Positions 12,488-24,374 of a stretch of DNA of 64,000 nucleotides are shown here, in pieces. The stretch's first letter is position 1, and each line of letters starts with the position of its first letter. Under the pieces are notes generated by a model. It searched no databases and was not told the DNA's origin. It saw only the letters and a program-made list of their open reading frames with translations. The position numbers were made by a program, and so were the translations under genes. Source of the DNA: Octopus sinensis (lineage: Eukaryota); NCBI RefSeq assembly GCF_006345805.1, contig NC_043007.1, forward strand, positions 36,642,001 through 36,706,000, given 5' to 3'.

Positions 12488-13019
12488 CTAGCAGTATCGC
12501 CCGGCGTTGCTCGGGTTTGTTTCGACCCTTTAGAATTGGAATTTTTGAAAAGTAAAAATTTTGCATTATGTAGCTTGTTATTCTCTTTAAGTGAACATTT
12601 TTCTGGTTGAAATACACTGAAAAATGGCAACACAGCAGTCAAAAATCGTAAAAAATAGGGATTTTCATAGAAAAAAAGCACGTTTTTGATGTAAATAATT
12701 TTTGGTCTTAACATGGTCCGATTTGAATTTTTTTTCTTCTACGGAAGGAAGAGCAAGCCTTCTTCTATCATATTCTCAATTTTGGTCAACTTGCACTCCA
12801 GAGTCTTGGATGAGATAGTGTTAGTTGAAGGCTACCAAACCTGGCATACACAGACAACTTCAGCTTTATATAAGGTTGTCCCAAAAGTTCGTAGAAAGTC
12901 TTGGAAAATAATGGTCTTTATTTTGAGGAATAATTTTTGTTGTTTTTGTTAGTACTTGGCGAGTAAAAATTCAATTTTCGCAAGTGTTTACGAACTTTTG
13001 GGACAACTTAATATATAGA
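12488..13019 (-). mobile_element. Non-autonomous Helitron-like element, family A
   Basis: Same 3' hairpin+CTAG end as family B but a different body; abuts family B directly; carries a MITE in its 5' TA run. Confidence 0.75.
12871..13010. mobile_element. Tc1/mariner-type MITE
   Basis: TIRs taaggttgtcccaaaagttcgta / tacgaacttttgggacaactta, set in a TA context. Confidence 0.75.
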
Positions 13020-13786
13020 GAGAAATTGTTTCTAAGCACCAGCAAGTCAATATCATCGTATTTCATCAACCCCAAAAGAATGAAAAGCTGAGTTAGTTGA
13101 TCCAGGTTGGATCTGAACCCTGGTTGTTAAGAGTTCAGAATAAATACAGAACAAGGATTGTTTGGGTTTTTTTTTTTTTCATTTGTGCAATGATACAATC
13201 TCAAAGGTGCAGACGATTATTGTATTGATGAATTTTTTTTTTAATTTGTGGCTATGTGGTTAGAAGCTTGCTTCCCAACCACATGGTTCCAGGTTCAGTT
13301 CAACTGCTTGGCAACTTGGGCAAGTGTTTTCTACTATATCCACAGGCCGACAAAAGCCTTGAGAGTAGATTTGGTAAACAGAGACTAAAAAAGCCCGTGT
13401 GGAATGTGTTTATCATCGTGTCGAATGTGTTTGTCTTCCACCAACGCTTGGGAACCGGTTTTAGTGTGATTACACACCCCGTAACTAATTCGAGGCGGTG
13501 CTCCAGTATGGCCGCAGTCTAATGACTGAAACAGATAAAAGCAATAATTTTAAGCATTCAAGTTACTCGTAACCATTGCACAAGCAAAAGTAATTGTGTG
13601 CGCCCACATACACACACACACACGTCCCAGTATGGCCACAGCCGTAGAGTGGAAACCAGTGAAAGAATAAAAAGATTTTGACTGTTTGTGTGTACATATC
13701 TTTTAAACTATCTGTATCGGCCGACTGAAGAGGAAATGATATAGCAAATGCTATCGTGTGCAAGCTAAAAGATAGGAACCCAGTTT

Positions 13787-14530
13787 GAGAGAGAGAGACA
13801 GACAGAAAGAAAGAGTAATATAAAGAGGTAGATAGAGGGGGGAGAGAGAAACAGAAAGAAAGAGTAATATAAAGAGGTAGATAGAGGGAGAGAGAGAGAG
13901 AAACAGAAAGAAAGAGTAATATAAAGAGGTAGATAGAGGGAGAGAGAGAGAAACAGAAAGAAAGAGTAATATAAAGAGGTAGATAGAGGGAGAGAGAGAG
14001 AAACAGAAAGAAAGAGTAATATAAAGAGGTAGATAGAGGGGGACAGAGAGAAACAGAAAGAAAGAGTAATATAAAGAGGTAGATAGAGGGAGAGAGAGAG
14101 AAACAGAAAGAAAGAGTAATATAAAGAGGTAGATAGAGGGAGAGAGAGAGAGAGAGAAACAGAAAGAAAGAGTAATATAAAGAGGTAGATAGAGGGGTAG
14201 AGAGAGAGAGAGAAACAGAAAGAAAGAGTAATATAAAGAGGTAGATAGAGAGAGAGAGAGAGAGAAACAGAAAGAAAGAGTAATATAAAGAGGTAGATAG
14301 AGGGGGAGAGAGAAACAGAAAGAAAAGTATAAAGAGGTAGATAGAGGGAAAGCGAGAGAGAGAGACAGAAAGAAAGAGTAATATAAAGAGGTAGATAGAG
14401 GGAGAGAGAGAGAGACAGAAAGAAAGAGTATTATAAAGAGGTAGATAGAGGGGGAGAGAGAGAAACAGAAAGAAAAGTATAAAGAGGTAGATAGAGGGAA
14501 AGCGAGAGAGAGAGAGACAGAAAGAAAGAG
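13787..14530. repeat. Purine-rich minisatellite, ~14 units of ~45-55 bp
   Basis: Unit gagagaaacagaaagaaagagtaatataaagaggtagatagaggg with a variable (GA)n; continues as a GA-rich tract to ~14970. Confidence 0.95.
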
Positions 14531-16076
14531 AGTGATAGAAAGACAGGAGATAAAAAGAGAGGGAGTCTTAGAAAGAGAGAAAGAGAGATAGAGAGAATAC
14601 AGAAAGAGAGGGAAGAAGTAAAGAGAGACAAAGGGAGACAGAAAGAGAGAAAAGGAGACAGAAAGAGAGGAGATAAAAGAGAGAGGGCAGTAGAGAGAAC
14701 GTGAGATAGAAAGCAGTGGAAACAGAGAGGGAGAGCAATAGAAAGAGAGAGGGGGTATAAAGAAAGAGAGAGGTAGAAAGAGAGAAGATAAAAAGAGAGC
14801 AGGAGATAGAAAGAGACAGAGAGGGAATATAAAAACAGAGATAAAAACAAAAAGGAGAGGTGTGGACAATAAGATATTGTGAAAGAGAGAGGAAGAATGA
14901 GAAGGTTAGAAAAAGCAGTAGAGAAAAAATATGAGAGAGAGAGGGAGAGAGAGAGAGAGATGGAGGGAGAAAGAGAGAGCCTGTGTGTGATAAGTGAGAT
15001 TTAACACTCCTGCTAAGGTCCTACATGTGTGTATGTGTGTGCATGCATATTCATGAGTATAATTTACGAGTGTATACACACATGTTTATATATACAACAA
15101 AAACGGAGACAAAAGAACTTAGGAGCAAAATGTGAAGAGCACGTATACATATACACACATTTTATATATATATAATATACATACATACACACACACGTAT
15201 ACATGCTCTTGTATGCAAGTCTCAGAAATTGTGTCAACAAATTGCAAATATCAACAGTTGGCCCGTGGGTGGCTGGTGACTGACTTTATACGCTATACAC
15301 ACAAACACACGCAGAGAATTAGACACATGCAATCATGACTTGCATAGAACCACATGAGCTAACGAGGGAACGTTTACGGGGGGAGATTTGGCAGCTATTT
15401 CTTGCTGGTCGAGGACCGCATAGAGGTCCCTTCGTTGTGTACGTGTATATATAAAAACACGCATATATTTATACACACACCAAACATTTACACATGACAG
15501 ACATCACGGTTTATTAGCTACAAATCTATGTGAGGGTATGATTTATACACATACACACACACACACACACAGAGGCATACACATTGCCTCCCCACACTCT
15601 CACACAAGACAAGCACACGTATATTCATAGGTTACCTCTCCTACGCACACATATGCACTGCCTTTCTAACGCACACATATGCAGAGCCTTTCTCGCACGC
15701 ACAGACACACGCACGCACGCACACAGACATGCTGCCTCGTTGATACACACTGCTTCTCTTTCTTTCTCTCTCTCACACAGACACACAAAGACATAGCCTC
15801 TTTCATACACACACACACAAACACAGGTCATACACAGACTCACAGGAATTGTTTGATTGCATGAGATAATGGCAAAAGCAGACAAGCGATGTTGAACAAT
15901 TAAACAGACGAGTGAACACACACACACATATACACATCTATATTAGAATGTGTGAGCGTTAGTGTATATTGTGTATGTAAATAAACGCATGTGTGAGTTG
16001 CATTAACAAATTTATTCAGACATGAAAACGTATAGCAAAAAACACACACACACACACACAAAAACGCATATACACA

Positions 16077-16139
<63 letters not shown>

Positions 16140-16577
16140 AGGCATTAAAAAGTGGTGCAAAACACATCTACATATGTAAAGTACACATAGATATACGCAT
16201 GATTATTAAAAAAACCACATATATAAATATATATGCAATACACACAATATATTTAGTATAATTTGAGTAAAAACCTCGTAACATGCATGTAAGAGCTGTA
16301 ACATCGTTATTTGGTTAGCACATGTTATCGTATCGTAGGGCATATTTCATGATCGAATGCGCATGCAGAACTCCCCTTTGCACAAGATTAATACAAGAAT
16401 AATATAACATGAGGATGGAGGCTATCAGGCTTTAAATTGTAGATCACAACACTTGTTTCTGCACAACACATCAGCTTTAAGTTGGTGAGTTTATGTTCAT
16501 ATACCATTATAGATAGAATATCGTTCTCTATGAATGATTATTACATGGTTGAATAGATTTCAGCAACAGACATATGT

Positions 16578-16743
16578 GGGTGCTTTCATCGTGGTTGTAT
16601 GGTAAGAAGTTTGCTTCCCAACCACATGGTTCCGGGTTCAGTTCCATAGTGCGGTACCTTGGGAAAACGTCTTCTATTATATATTCGGGCCGACCAAAAC
16701 CTTGTGGATGGATTTGGTAGATGGAAACTGAAAGAAACCCGTC

Positions 16744-16786
<43 letters not shown>

Positions 16787-17172
16787 TATATTAGAGATAA
16801 AACCACTATTATGCAAATCATACAATGAAAAACTTAAGCCAATACATAAGATTAATTAATTTATATTATTTAAATATATATCAAAATTATTAAAAAAGAT
16901 AATTAATATAACACTACGATCGTTTCATGGCTGTTCAATTCTTAAAATTTTCGAGTTACATATATATATATATATATATAATGTGTGTGTCTGTGTTTGT
17001 CCCTCCACCATCGCTTGACAACTAATGTTTGTGTTTGCATCCCTGTAACTTAGCGGTTCGGCAAAAGAACCGATAGAATAAGAATAAGTCCTGAGGTCAA
17101 TTTCATTAACTAAAACCCTTTAAAGCGGTGTTCCAATATGTCCACAGACAAATGATAGAAAAAAGTAAAAGA
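16578..17172 (+). mobile_element. S1 SINE with an AT-rich insert inside its (TA)n spacer
   Basis: 5' half to ~16745, (TA)n, insert ~16790-16960, (TA)n, 3' half from ~16982. Confidence 0.7.
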
Positions 17173-17658
17173 ATTTTAAAAATCATCACACCCAGAAAAT
17201 CTAAGTACTGATGGGGTGATTTTAAACTTCAAACATATTTATAGATAAGGCAATATATTGGGTAAAGGATGGAAAAGTATAACTGCAAATACAAGGAGTC
17301 GAAATGGTGTTTCTCTGAAGGATCTCGGGAATATGTTACTCAACAGAGTCTTTCTAGGTCAAACCACACTTAGAGGTTACAGCGCTTGTACTAGAGACAT
17401 GTGGTTGAAATGTTGCAGGAACGAATCACAAGACGGATTCCTCAAGTCAAGCCAACATGCAAGAGAACTGGAGATAGAAGAAGAATGAGCTGATAGGATA
17501 ATATCTATAATCTCAGTTGGTCATGCTTAGGGATTCCAGCCGGCAAGTCTGATGGTTGCTTCTGATATATAAATATATGTGGTTTTTTAATATGCATGCG
17601 TATATCTAAATGTATTTACATATGTAGATGTGTTTTGCACCACTTTTTAATGCCTGTT

Positions 17659-17718
<60 letters not shown>

Positions 17719-17912
17719 CAGTCAGAGCTGCGGCCATGCTGTGCACCGCCGTTTTATATACAATACCCCTTTCTTTTTACAATCATGTACACCGATCTGT
17801 AACTATAATACATCAAAGATGTGAGAAAAACAAGTGGAAAAAAGAGTACTCAAATACCAGTGGTAGAGTAAGTAATATGCTTTATTTTAAGCAGCAGAAA
17901 ATTCAACAAAAT

Positions 17913-17950
17913 CTGTTACTCTGAGTTTCTCGTTGTCGTTCATCAGACAG
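17913..17950 (-). ncRNA. Minimal type-I hammerhead-like motif (left member of an inverted pair)
   Basis: CTGT-CTGATGA-ACG(acaa)CGA-GAA-ACTC(a)GAGT-A-ACAG; predicted GUA cleavage triplet. Confidence 0.65.
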
Positions 17951-17967
17951 TTTTTGCTAGAATGGAA

Positions 17968-18007
17968 CTGTCTGATGAACGGCAACGAGAAACTCAGAGA
18001 GTAACAG
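17968..18007 (+). ncRNA. Minimal type-I hammerhead-like motif (right member of an inverted pair)
   Basis: CTGT-CTGATGA-ACG(gcaa)CGA-GAA-ACTC(aga)GAGT-A-ACAG. Confidence 0.65.
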
Positions 18008-18039
18008 ATTTTGTTGAATTTTCTGCTGCTTAAAATAAA

Positions 18040-18083
<44 letters not shown>

Positions 18084-18452
18084 TTATTTAATGTGTATAT
18101 GCGTTTTTGTGGTGTTGTGTGTATTTTTTGCTATACGTTTTCATGTCTGAATAAATGATAGGACTTTATGGTGTAACCTGAGGACTTTGCTCCAACAACA
18201 GTCACGAATGATGGACAGAGAAGAAAGATGGATAGATGAAGATATCTTTTATCTTTTCTTTGTTCCAGTCAGTAGAAGGCCACCATGCTGGGACACTGCC
18301 TTTAGTCAAATGAATCAATCCCAGTATTTATTTTTTTTTTTTTGTAAGTCTGGTACTAATTCCATCGTTCTATTTTGTTGAACCTCTAGGTTACAGAGAC
18401 ATAAACACAATACCAGTCAAGTGGTGGTATAGGGCAAACAGATACAAAGACA

Positions 18453-18612
18453 GGCGCAGGAGTGGCTGTGTGGTAAGTAACTTGCTTCCAAACAACATTG
18501 TTCCGGGTTCAGTCCCACTGCGTGGCACCTTGGGTAGGTGTCTTCTACTATAGTCTCGGCCGACGAAATCCTTGTGAGTGGATTTGGTAGACGGAAACTG
18601 AAAGAAGCCCGT
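18453..18612 (+). mobile_element. S1 SINE 5' half (matching 3' half probably at 22620-22830)
   Basis: ggcgcaggagtggctgtgtgg...gaaagaagcccgtc, followed by (TA)n. Confidence 0.7.
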
Positions 18613-18615
18613 CTT

Positions 18616-18651
<36 letters not shown>

Positions 18652-18953
18652 ATAATATATATATAATATATATATATATTATATATATATATATTGGAAG
18701 GTTTGGAGATGATATACAGGTAGTATATATTAGAAGAAATGAGGTAATCAGAAGATCGGATGGTTCATGTTTATATAGATATTTATTTAATATTACATTT
18801 TTTACATATATATATCATATCATTCAGATTATTAGCGCTTTCTCCCATTCCAGTGGGGTTTTCAAATCAAATCAATTCCTATATATATATATAAACAGAA
18901 TGAGATTTAAAAAATCCAAGGCTGTGACTAGTTTTCAGAACATTTATAAAAAG

Positions 18954-19001
18954 GTCTTACAGCTGTTTCCGGGATATTTTATATATCCCTTCAGCAGAGA
19001 C
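18954..19001 (-). ncRNA. Degenerate hammerhead-like motif downstream of the minus-strand PLE arm
   Basis: CTGAA-GGGATAT(ataaa)ATATCCC-G-GAAACAGCTGT-A-AGAC: perfect stem II and palindromic stem III, but a non-canonical core. Confidence 0.4.
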
Positions 19002-19182
19002 GGTGTGAGAAAATGTTGAAGTAATATTTATTATAGAGAAGTTATGGAATAGAGTGAAATATAGGAATATAAACAGACATGATATACGTAAGGAAATTGT
19101 ATTTGCAGTTCCATTATTTAAGCAGAATGGTGTATATATAAGTTTCCTGTACCTTGTGAGTTCCATATCTATAGAGATATTA

Positions 19183-19216
<34 letters not shown>

Positions 19217-19225
19217 TATATATAT

Positions 19226-20613
19226 ATAGGAATAAAAAATGGAGTTAACGCAGGTTAAACAAGTATTTTTTCTTTCTACATATGTTTCAAAAATTCCACT
19301 GATACTTATTCAAAAGAATAAAAGGTATAAACAATGCAATCTTCTCTTCGGGAAAGGGAAAAAACGAAACTTGTCAATACGACATTTTAGCAAAAAATGA
19401 TGGATTCGTATAGCGATAGACAGAACGCTATTAATATTGTTTAAAAAAACCTTATTTGATATAACGTCCTAAGTAGCTAACAGAAAGAGTAGGGATATTA
19501 ATAGTGAATGTTAAATATAAGGAAATTAAAGTCTAAACTATATATAATGATAGAGAATACTTATATGCACTAAAAGTATGTTTTTGCAATGCTTACATCT
19601 GTATGCTCGTTCTATAACCGTGTTTACTAGAGTATTTTTAGAAAAAATAATGAAAAATAGCTCAGAATTGCAGAAGACAAGAAAGAATTTCTTGCCTTTG
19701 TCATATGGTATCGAAATTGAGAGGATCAACCATTCCAAATGAAATGTTCATTGTGGTCTTTTAAATTCCAAATCAGTTTGCTGAGACCGGTACTATTTCG
19801 TTTATTTCTATCCCTAAATGTTGAGTAATGGATAGAAATTCTCTTAGATAACTCTAACGATGTGCTTCCAATGTAAAATTGTACTTTATTACGAGTACTG
19901 ATTATACACTGGTATATAGAATTTTTAATCTTAGAGTTACTTGACATAAATTTAATTCTATTGGGATTGACTTCAGATACAATACCTTGTTATTAATATT
20001 TCTAGGGGGTGGATGGTAGTAGCTAAATAATGTTAGTATTAGTAAATGTATTAATATTTAACAGTTTGTTATTATGAGAAGATATAATTTGCAAGAGATT
20101 TTTTGTGTTTGAAAAACCTATCCTAACTTTATGTGAATTAATTATAGAGTAATATCTAGAATTATTTGGAAAATTCCTAGCAATAGCTTGACGAAACAGC
20201 AGTGGGAGATTAGATTTAATTTGTCTCCCGTAAGGAATTATTAACCAAATATTTTTACTATTATTCATAGCGTAATTACTTTTGAAGGTGTTATATTTAC
20301 TTTTAGATCGTAATAGGGGAATAAATAAGGGTTATCTGCCTTCATTCGCTTTGTATCGGTGCGTAAGTTATGTTTGTTATCAATAATTCTTTTACGACTA
20401 GAAATCTTATCTACATTATTGAATTTACAATTAGACTGAGCAGAATCAATGTAGAAAATTTTTTCTGTATAACCTGCTTTGATTAAGGCAGAGTTATAGA
20501 ATTCAGCGTTATTATTGAAAATATCAACATTAGCAGATAATTTAGATAATCTAAATGAAATATCTTAACTAAATTCTATAATTGCTCCAGATGATTACTA
20601 AATTTGCTAATGT
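19226..20613 (-). mobile_element. Penelope-like element, inverted 5'-truncated arm (linker + GIY-YIG + 3' UTR)
   Basis: Reverse complement of 20791-22174; ORF pieces IYQCIISTRNKVQFYIGSTS...STGLSKLIWNLKD and KNIWLIIPYGRQIKSNL. Confidence 0.85.
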
Positions 20614-22174
20614 TTCTAACCACAAAGGTACAAAAAGTTAAGAACAGTTTAGTTAATTTTTTCAGTAGAATGGGCTTAAAAATCGTTTTTGATGACGATC
20701 TGACGAAGGCCAACTTTTTAGATATTACGCTTAATTTACACAGTGACTCTTACTTCCCATATCATAAACCGTTGACCAATCTTAAGTAGTACATTAGCAA
20801 ATTTAGTAATCATCCTGGAGCAATTACTAAGAATTTAGTTAAGAATATTTCATTTAGATTATCTAAATTATCTGCTATGTTGATATTTTCAATAATAACG
20901 CTGAATTCTATAACTCTGCCTTAATCAAAGCAGGTTATACAGAAAAAATTTTCTACATTGATTCTGCTCAGTCTAATGTAAATTCAATAATGTAGATAAG
21001 ATTTCTAGTCGTAAAAGAATTATTGATAACAAACATAACTTACGCACCGATACAAAGCGAATGAAGGCAGATAACCCTTATTTATTCCCCTATTACCGAT
21101 CTAAAAGTAAATATAACACCTTCAAAAGTAATTACGCTATGAATACTAGTAAAAATATTTGGTTAATAATTCCTTACGGGAGACAAATTAAATCTAATCT
21201 CCACTGCTTTCGTCAAGCTATTGCTAGGAATTTTCCAAATAATTCTAGATATTACTCTATAATTAATTCACATAAAGTTAGGATAGGTTTTCAAACACAA
21301 AAAATCTCTTGCAAATTATATCTTCTCATAATAACAAACTGTTAAATATTAATACATTTACTAATACTAACATTATTTAGCTAATACCATCCAACCCTCT
21401 AGAAATATTAATAACAAGGTTATTGTATCTGAAGTCAATCCCAATAGAATTAAATTTATGTCAAGTAACTCTAAGATTAAAAATTCTATATACCAGTGTA
21501 TAATCAGTACTCGTAATAAAGTACAATTTTACATTGGAAGCACATCGTTAGAGTTATCTAAGAGAATTTCTATCCATTACTCAACATTTAAGGATAGAAT
21601 AAACGGAATAGTACCGGTCTCAGCAAACTGATTTGGAATTTAAAAGACCACAATGAACAATTTCATTTGGAATGGTTGATCCTCTCAATTTCGATACCAT
21701 ATGACAAAGGCAAGAAATTCTGTCTTCTCTGCAATTCTGAGCTATTTTTCATTATTTTTTCTAAAAATACTCTAGTAAACACGGTTATAGAACGAGCATA
21801 CAGATGTAAGCATTGGCAAAACATACTTTAGTGCATATAAGTAGTCTCTATCATTATATATAGTTTAGACTTTAATTTCCTTTATATTAACATTCACTAT
21901 TAATATCCCTACTCTTTCTGTTAGCTACTTATGACGTTATATCAAATAAGGTTTTTTTAAACAATATTAATAGCGTTCTGTCTATCGCTATACGAATCCA
22001 TCATTTTTTGCTAAAATGTTGTATTGACAAGTTTCGTTTTTTCCCTTTCCGAAGAGAAGATTGCATTGTTTATACCTTTTATTCTTTTGAATAAGTATCA
22101 GTGGAATTTTTGAAACATATGTAGAAAAAAAAATACTTGTTTAAACCTGCGTAAACTCCATTTTTTATTCCTAT
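20614..22174 (+). mobile_element. Penelope-like element 3' portion (RT thumb, linker, GIY-YIG endonuclease), frameshifted
   Basis: GLKIVFDDDLTKANFLDITLNLHSDSYFPYHKP (PLE RT C-terminus), then the GIY-YIG region ~21460-21835, with multiple frameshifts. Confidence 0.85.
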
Positions 22175-22565
22175 TATTCAAATATTCAACGTAAACACGA
22201 AGTTTCAACCTTTATAAACAAGGAGTTACAACATCTTTACTTGTGAGATTTTTGCTGTCCTGGTAACTATTCATTCATTTATCCGTGTAATGTTAACAAG
22301 GTAAAATACACTCCTCATTTATATATATATATATATAATATATATATATATATATAATATATCCACACCTACATTACACATACATACATAGACAGACAAA
22401 CAGATAGATAGATAGATAGAGTTCCAATATATATATAGAGAGAGAGATATGAATTTCCGACTATAACCTTGGTGCCCTAGTAATCCTTTACAGCACTTAC
22501 CTAGCGTACCTAACCATTTAAATCACCTGTGAAGTAACCCCCCCCCCATACTTTGTATATATATA

Positions 22566-22596
<31 letters not shown>

Positions 22597-22619
22597 TACA
22601 CATATATGTATGTATATAT

Positions 22620-22830
22620 TTGTGTGTGTCTGTGTTTGTCCACCACCGCCACCACCATCGCTTGACAACCGATGTTGGTGTGTTTACGTACCCGTAACCT
22701 AGCAGTTCGGCAAAAGAACCGATAGAATAAGTACTAGGCTTACAAAGAATAAGTCCTGGGTTCGATTTGTTCGACTAAAGGCGGTGCTCCAGCATGGCTG
22801 CAGTCAAATGACTGAAACAAATAAAAGAAC
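22620..22830 (+). mobile_element. S1 SINE 3' half
   Basis: catcgcttgacaaccgatg...gcagtcaaatgactgaaacaaataaaag. Confidence 0.75.
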
Positions 22831-23352
22831 ACACACACACACATACATATAACAGGCTTCTTTCAGTTTCCGTCAACCAAATCCACTCACAAGGCTTCCG
22901 TTGGCTGGGGCTATAGTAGAAGACACTTGCCCAAAGTGCCACGCAGTGGGACTGAACCCGGAACTATGTAGGCTTAAGAAGCGAACTTCTTATCACACGG
23001 TCATGCACATACCATGCATACATCATGCATACACCATGCATACACCATGCATACACCTGTTAATGTACTCAACATATAGAGTTTAATTGATTGAATGAAT
23101 AATCTCTACTGTATGTTTGGGCGGGGGTGAAGGTTGACAACAATAAAAGCAAGCAACCATAGAAAATCTACCTCAACTAGTTTCATACAAGCATAGAAAA
23201 GTAGCCATTCAGATATGGCTTAATATGCGTGTTCTACATACTGTCATTTTTAGAATAATAACTGACATTATCAAATAGGTGTTTTGGCACATAAACTAAT
23301 ATGAAATTTTGATGGAAGTCATTAATTGAAACTTTTAGCATATCCAAGCCCA

Positions 23353-23715
23353 ATAACTCTGGGCACCTTTTCAAACTCCACCTGTCTAACACCCGTGGAC
23401 ATGTTTACAAAGTCAGAAAACAGCACAGCTCCCATGACTTTTGGAAACATTTTTTTCACGCTAAGAGTTGCTGAAGTATGGAACAAACTGCCGGCATCAA
23501 TTGTTAGTTATCGGAGCACTGCATCCTTCAAAATTTCCATGCTTCCTGAGATTCGCCAACACTACACCTGATTTTCTCCCCTCCATACACACGCAAGCAT
23601 GTATCTGACTCATACACTGTTCACTTTCCAGACATTTGTACATTACTGAATATGCTTTATACGCACTTTTGACAAGTTGTGGTGCACCTGAGCACTGTAT
23701 ACAATAATTTCATTA
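23353..23715 (+). mobile_element. CR1-type LINE 3' end
   Basis: FFTLRVAEVWNKLPASIV...SFKISMLPEIRQHYT* plus 3' UTR; near-identical to 56700-57060. Confidence 0.8.
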
Positions 23716-23731
23716 TATATTATATCATATA

Positions 23732-23858
23732 CAGGGTGTCCACAAAGTCTGGGTACATGGGGATTAACACATACTTCAAGAAATTATTATTTCTTATATT
23801 TAATTCTTTATGTTATGATTTTATTTACTCCATGTACCCAGACTTTGCGGACACCCTG
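23732..23858. mobile_element. Tc1/mariner-type MITE (127 bp)
   Basis: 29-bp TIR cagggtgtcc(a/g)caaagtctgggtacatgg with one mismatch; TA on both sides. Confidence 0.9.
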
Positions 23859-23956
23859 TATAATGTACCTGCTTTATGTCCAAACCAACCAGACCCAGCC
23901 TATCACATCTACGCTACAATGTCATTCTAAATATATTCAATCCCATCTGAAAAATC

Positions 23957-24368
23957 TCGGAGTGAGTGGCTGTGTGGTAAGTAGCTTGCTAACCAGCCAC
24001 ATGGTTCTGGGTTCAGTCCCACTCCGTGGCATCTTGGGCAAGTGTCTTCTGCTATAGCCTCGGGCCGACCAAAGCCTTGTGAGTGGATTTGGTAGACGGA
24101 AACTGAAAGAAGCCTGTCGTATATATGTATATATATATATATATATATTTGTATGTTTGTGTGTCTGTGTTTGTCACTCTAGCATTGCTTGACAACCGAT
24201 GATGGTGTGTTTACGTCTCCGTCACTTAGCGGTTCGGCAAAAGAGACCGATAGAATAAGTACTGGGCATACAAAGAATAAGTCCCGGGGTCGATTTGCTC
24301 GACTAAAGGCGGTGCTCCAGCATGGCTGCAGTCAAATGACTGAAACAAGTAAAAGAGTAAAGAGTAAA
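23957..24368 (+). mobile_element. S1 SINE, full length
   Basis: Both halves plus the (TA)n spacer are intact. Confidence 0.85.
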
Positions 24369-24374
24369 ATAGTA

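Noticed and set aside
13751-14869. 372-aa ORF, the longest in the track
   Set aside because: It is the translation of the CT-rich strand of a minisatellite (repeating LSLSPSIYLFILLF) with no domain content.
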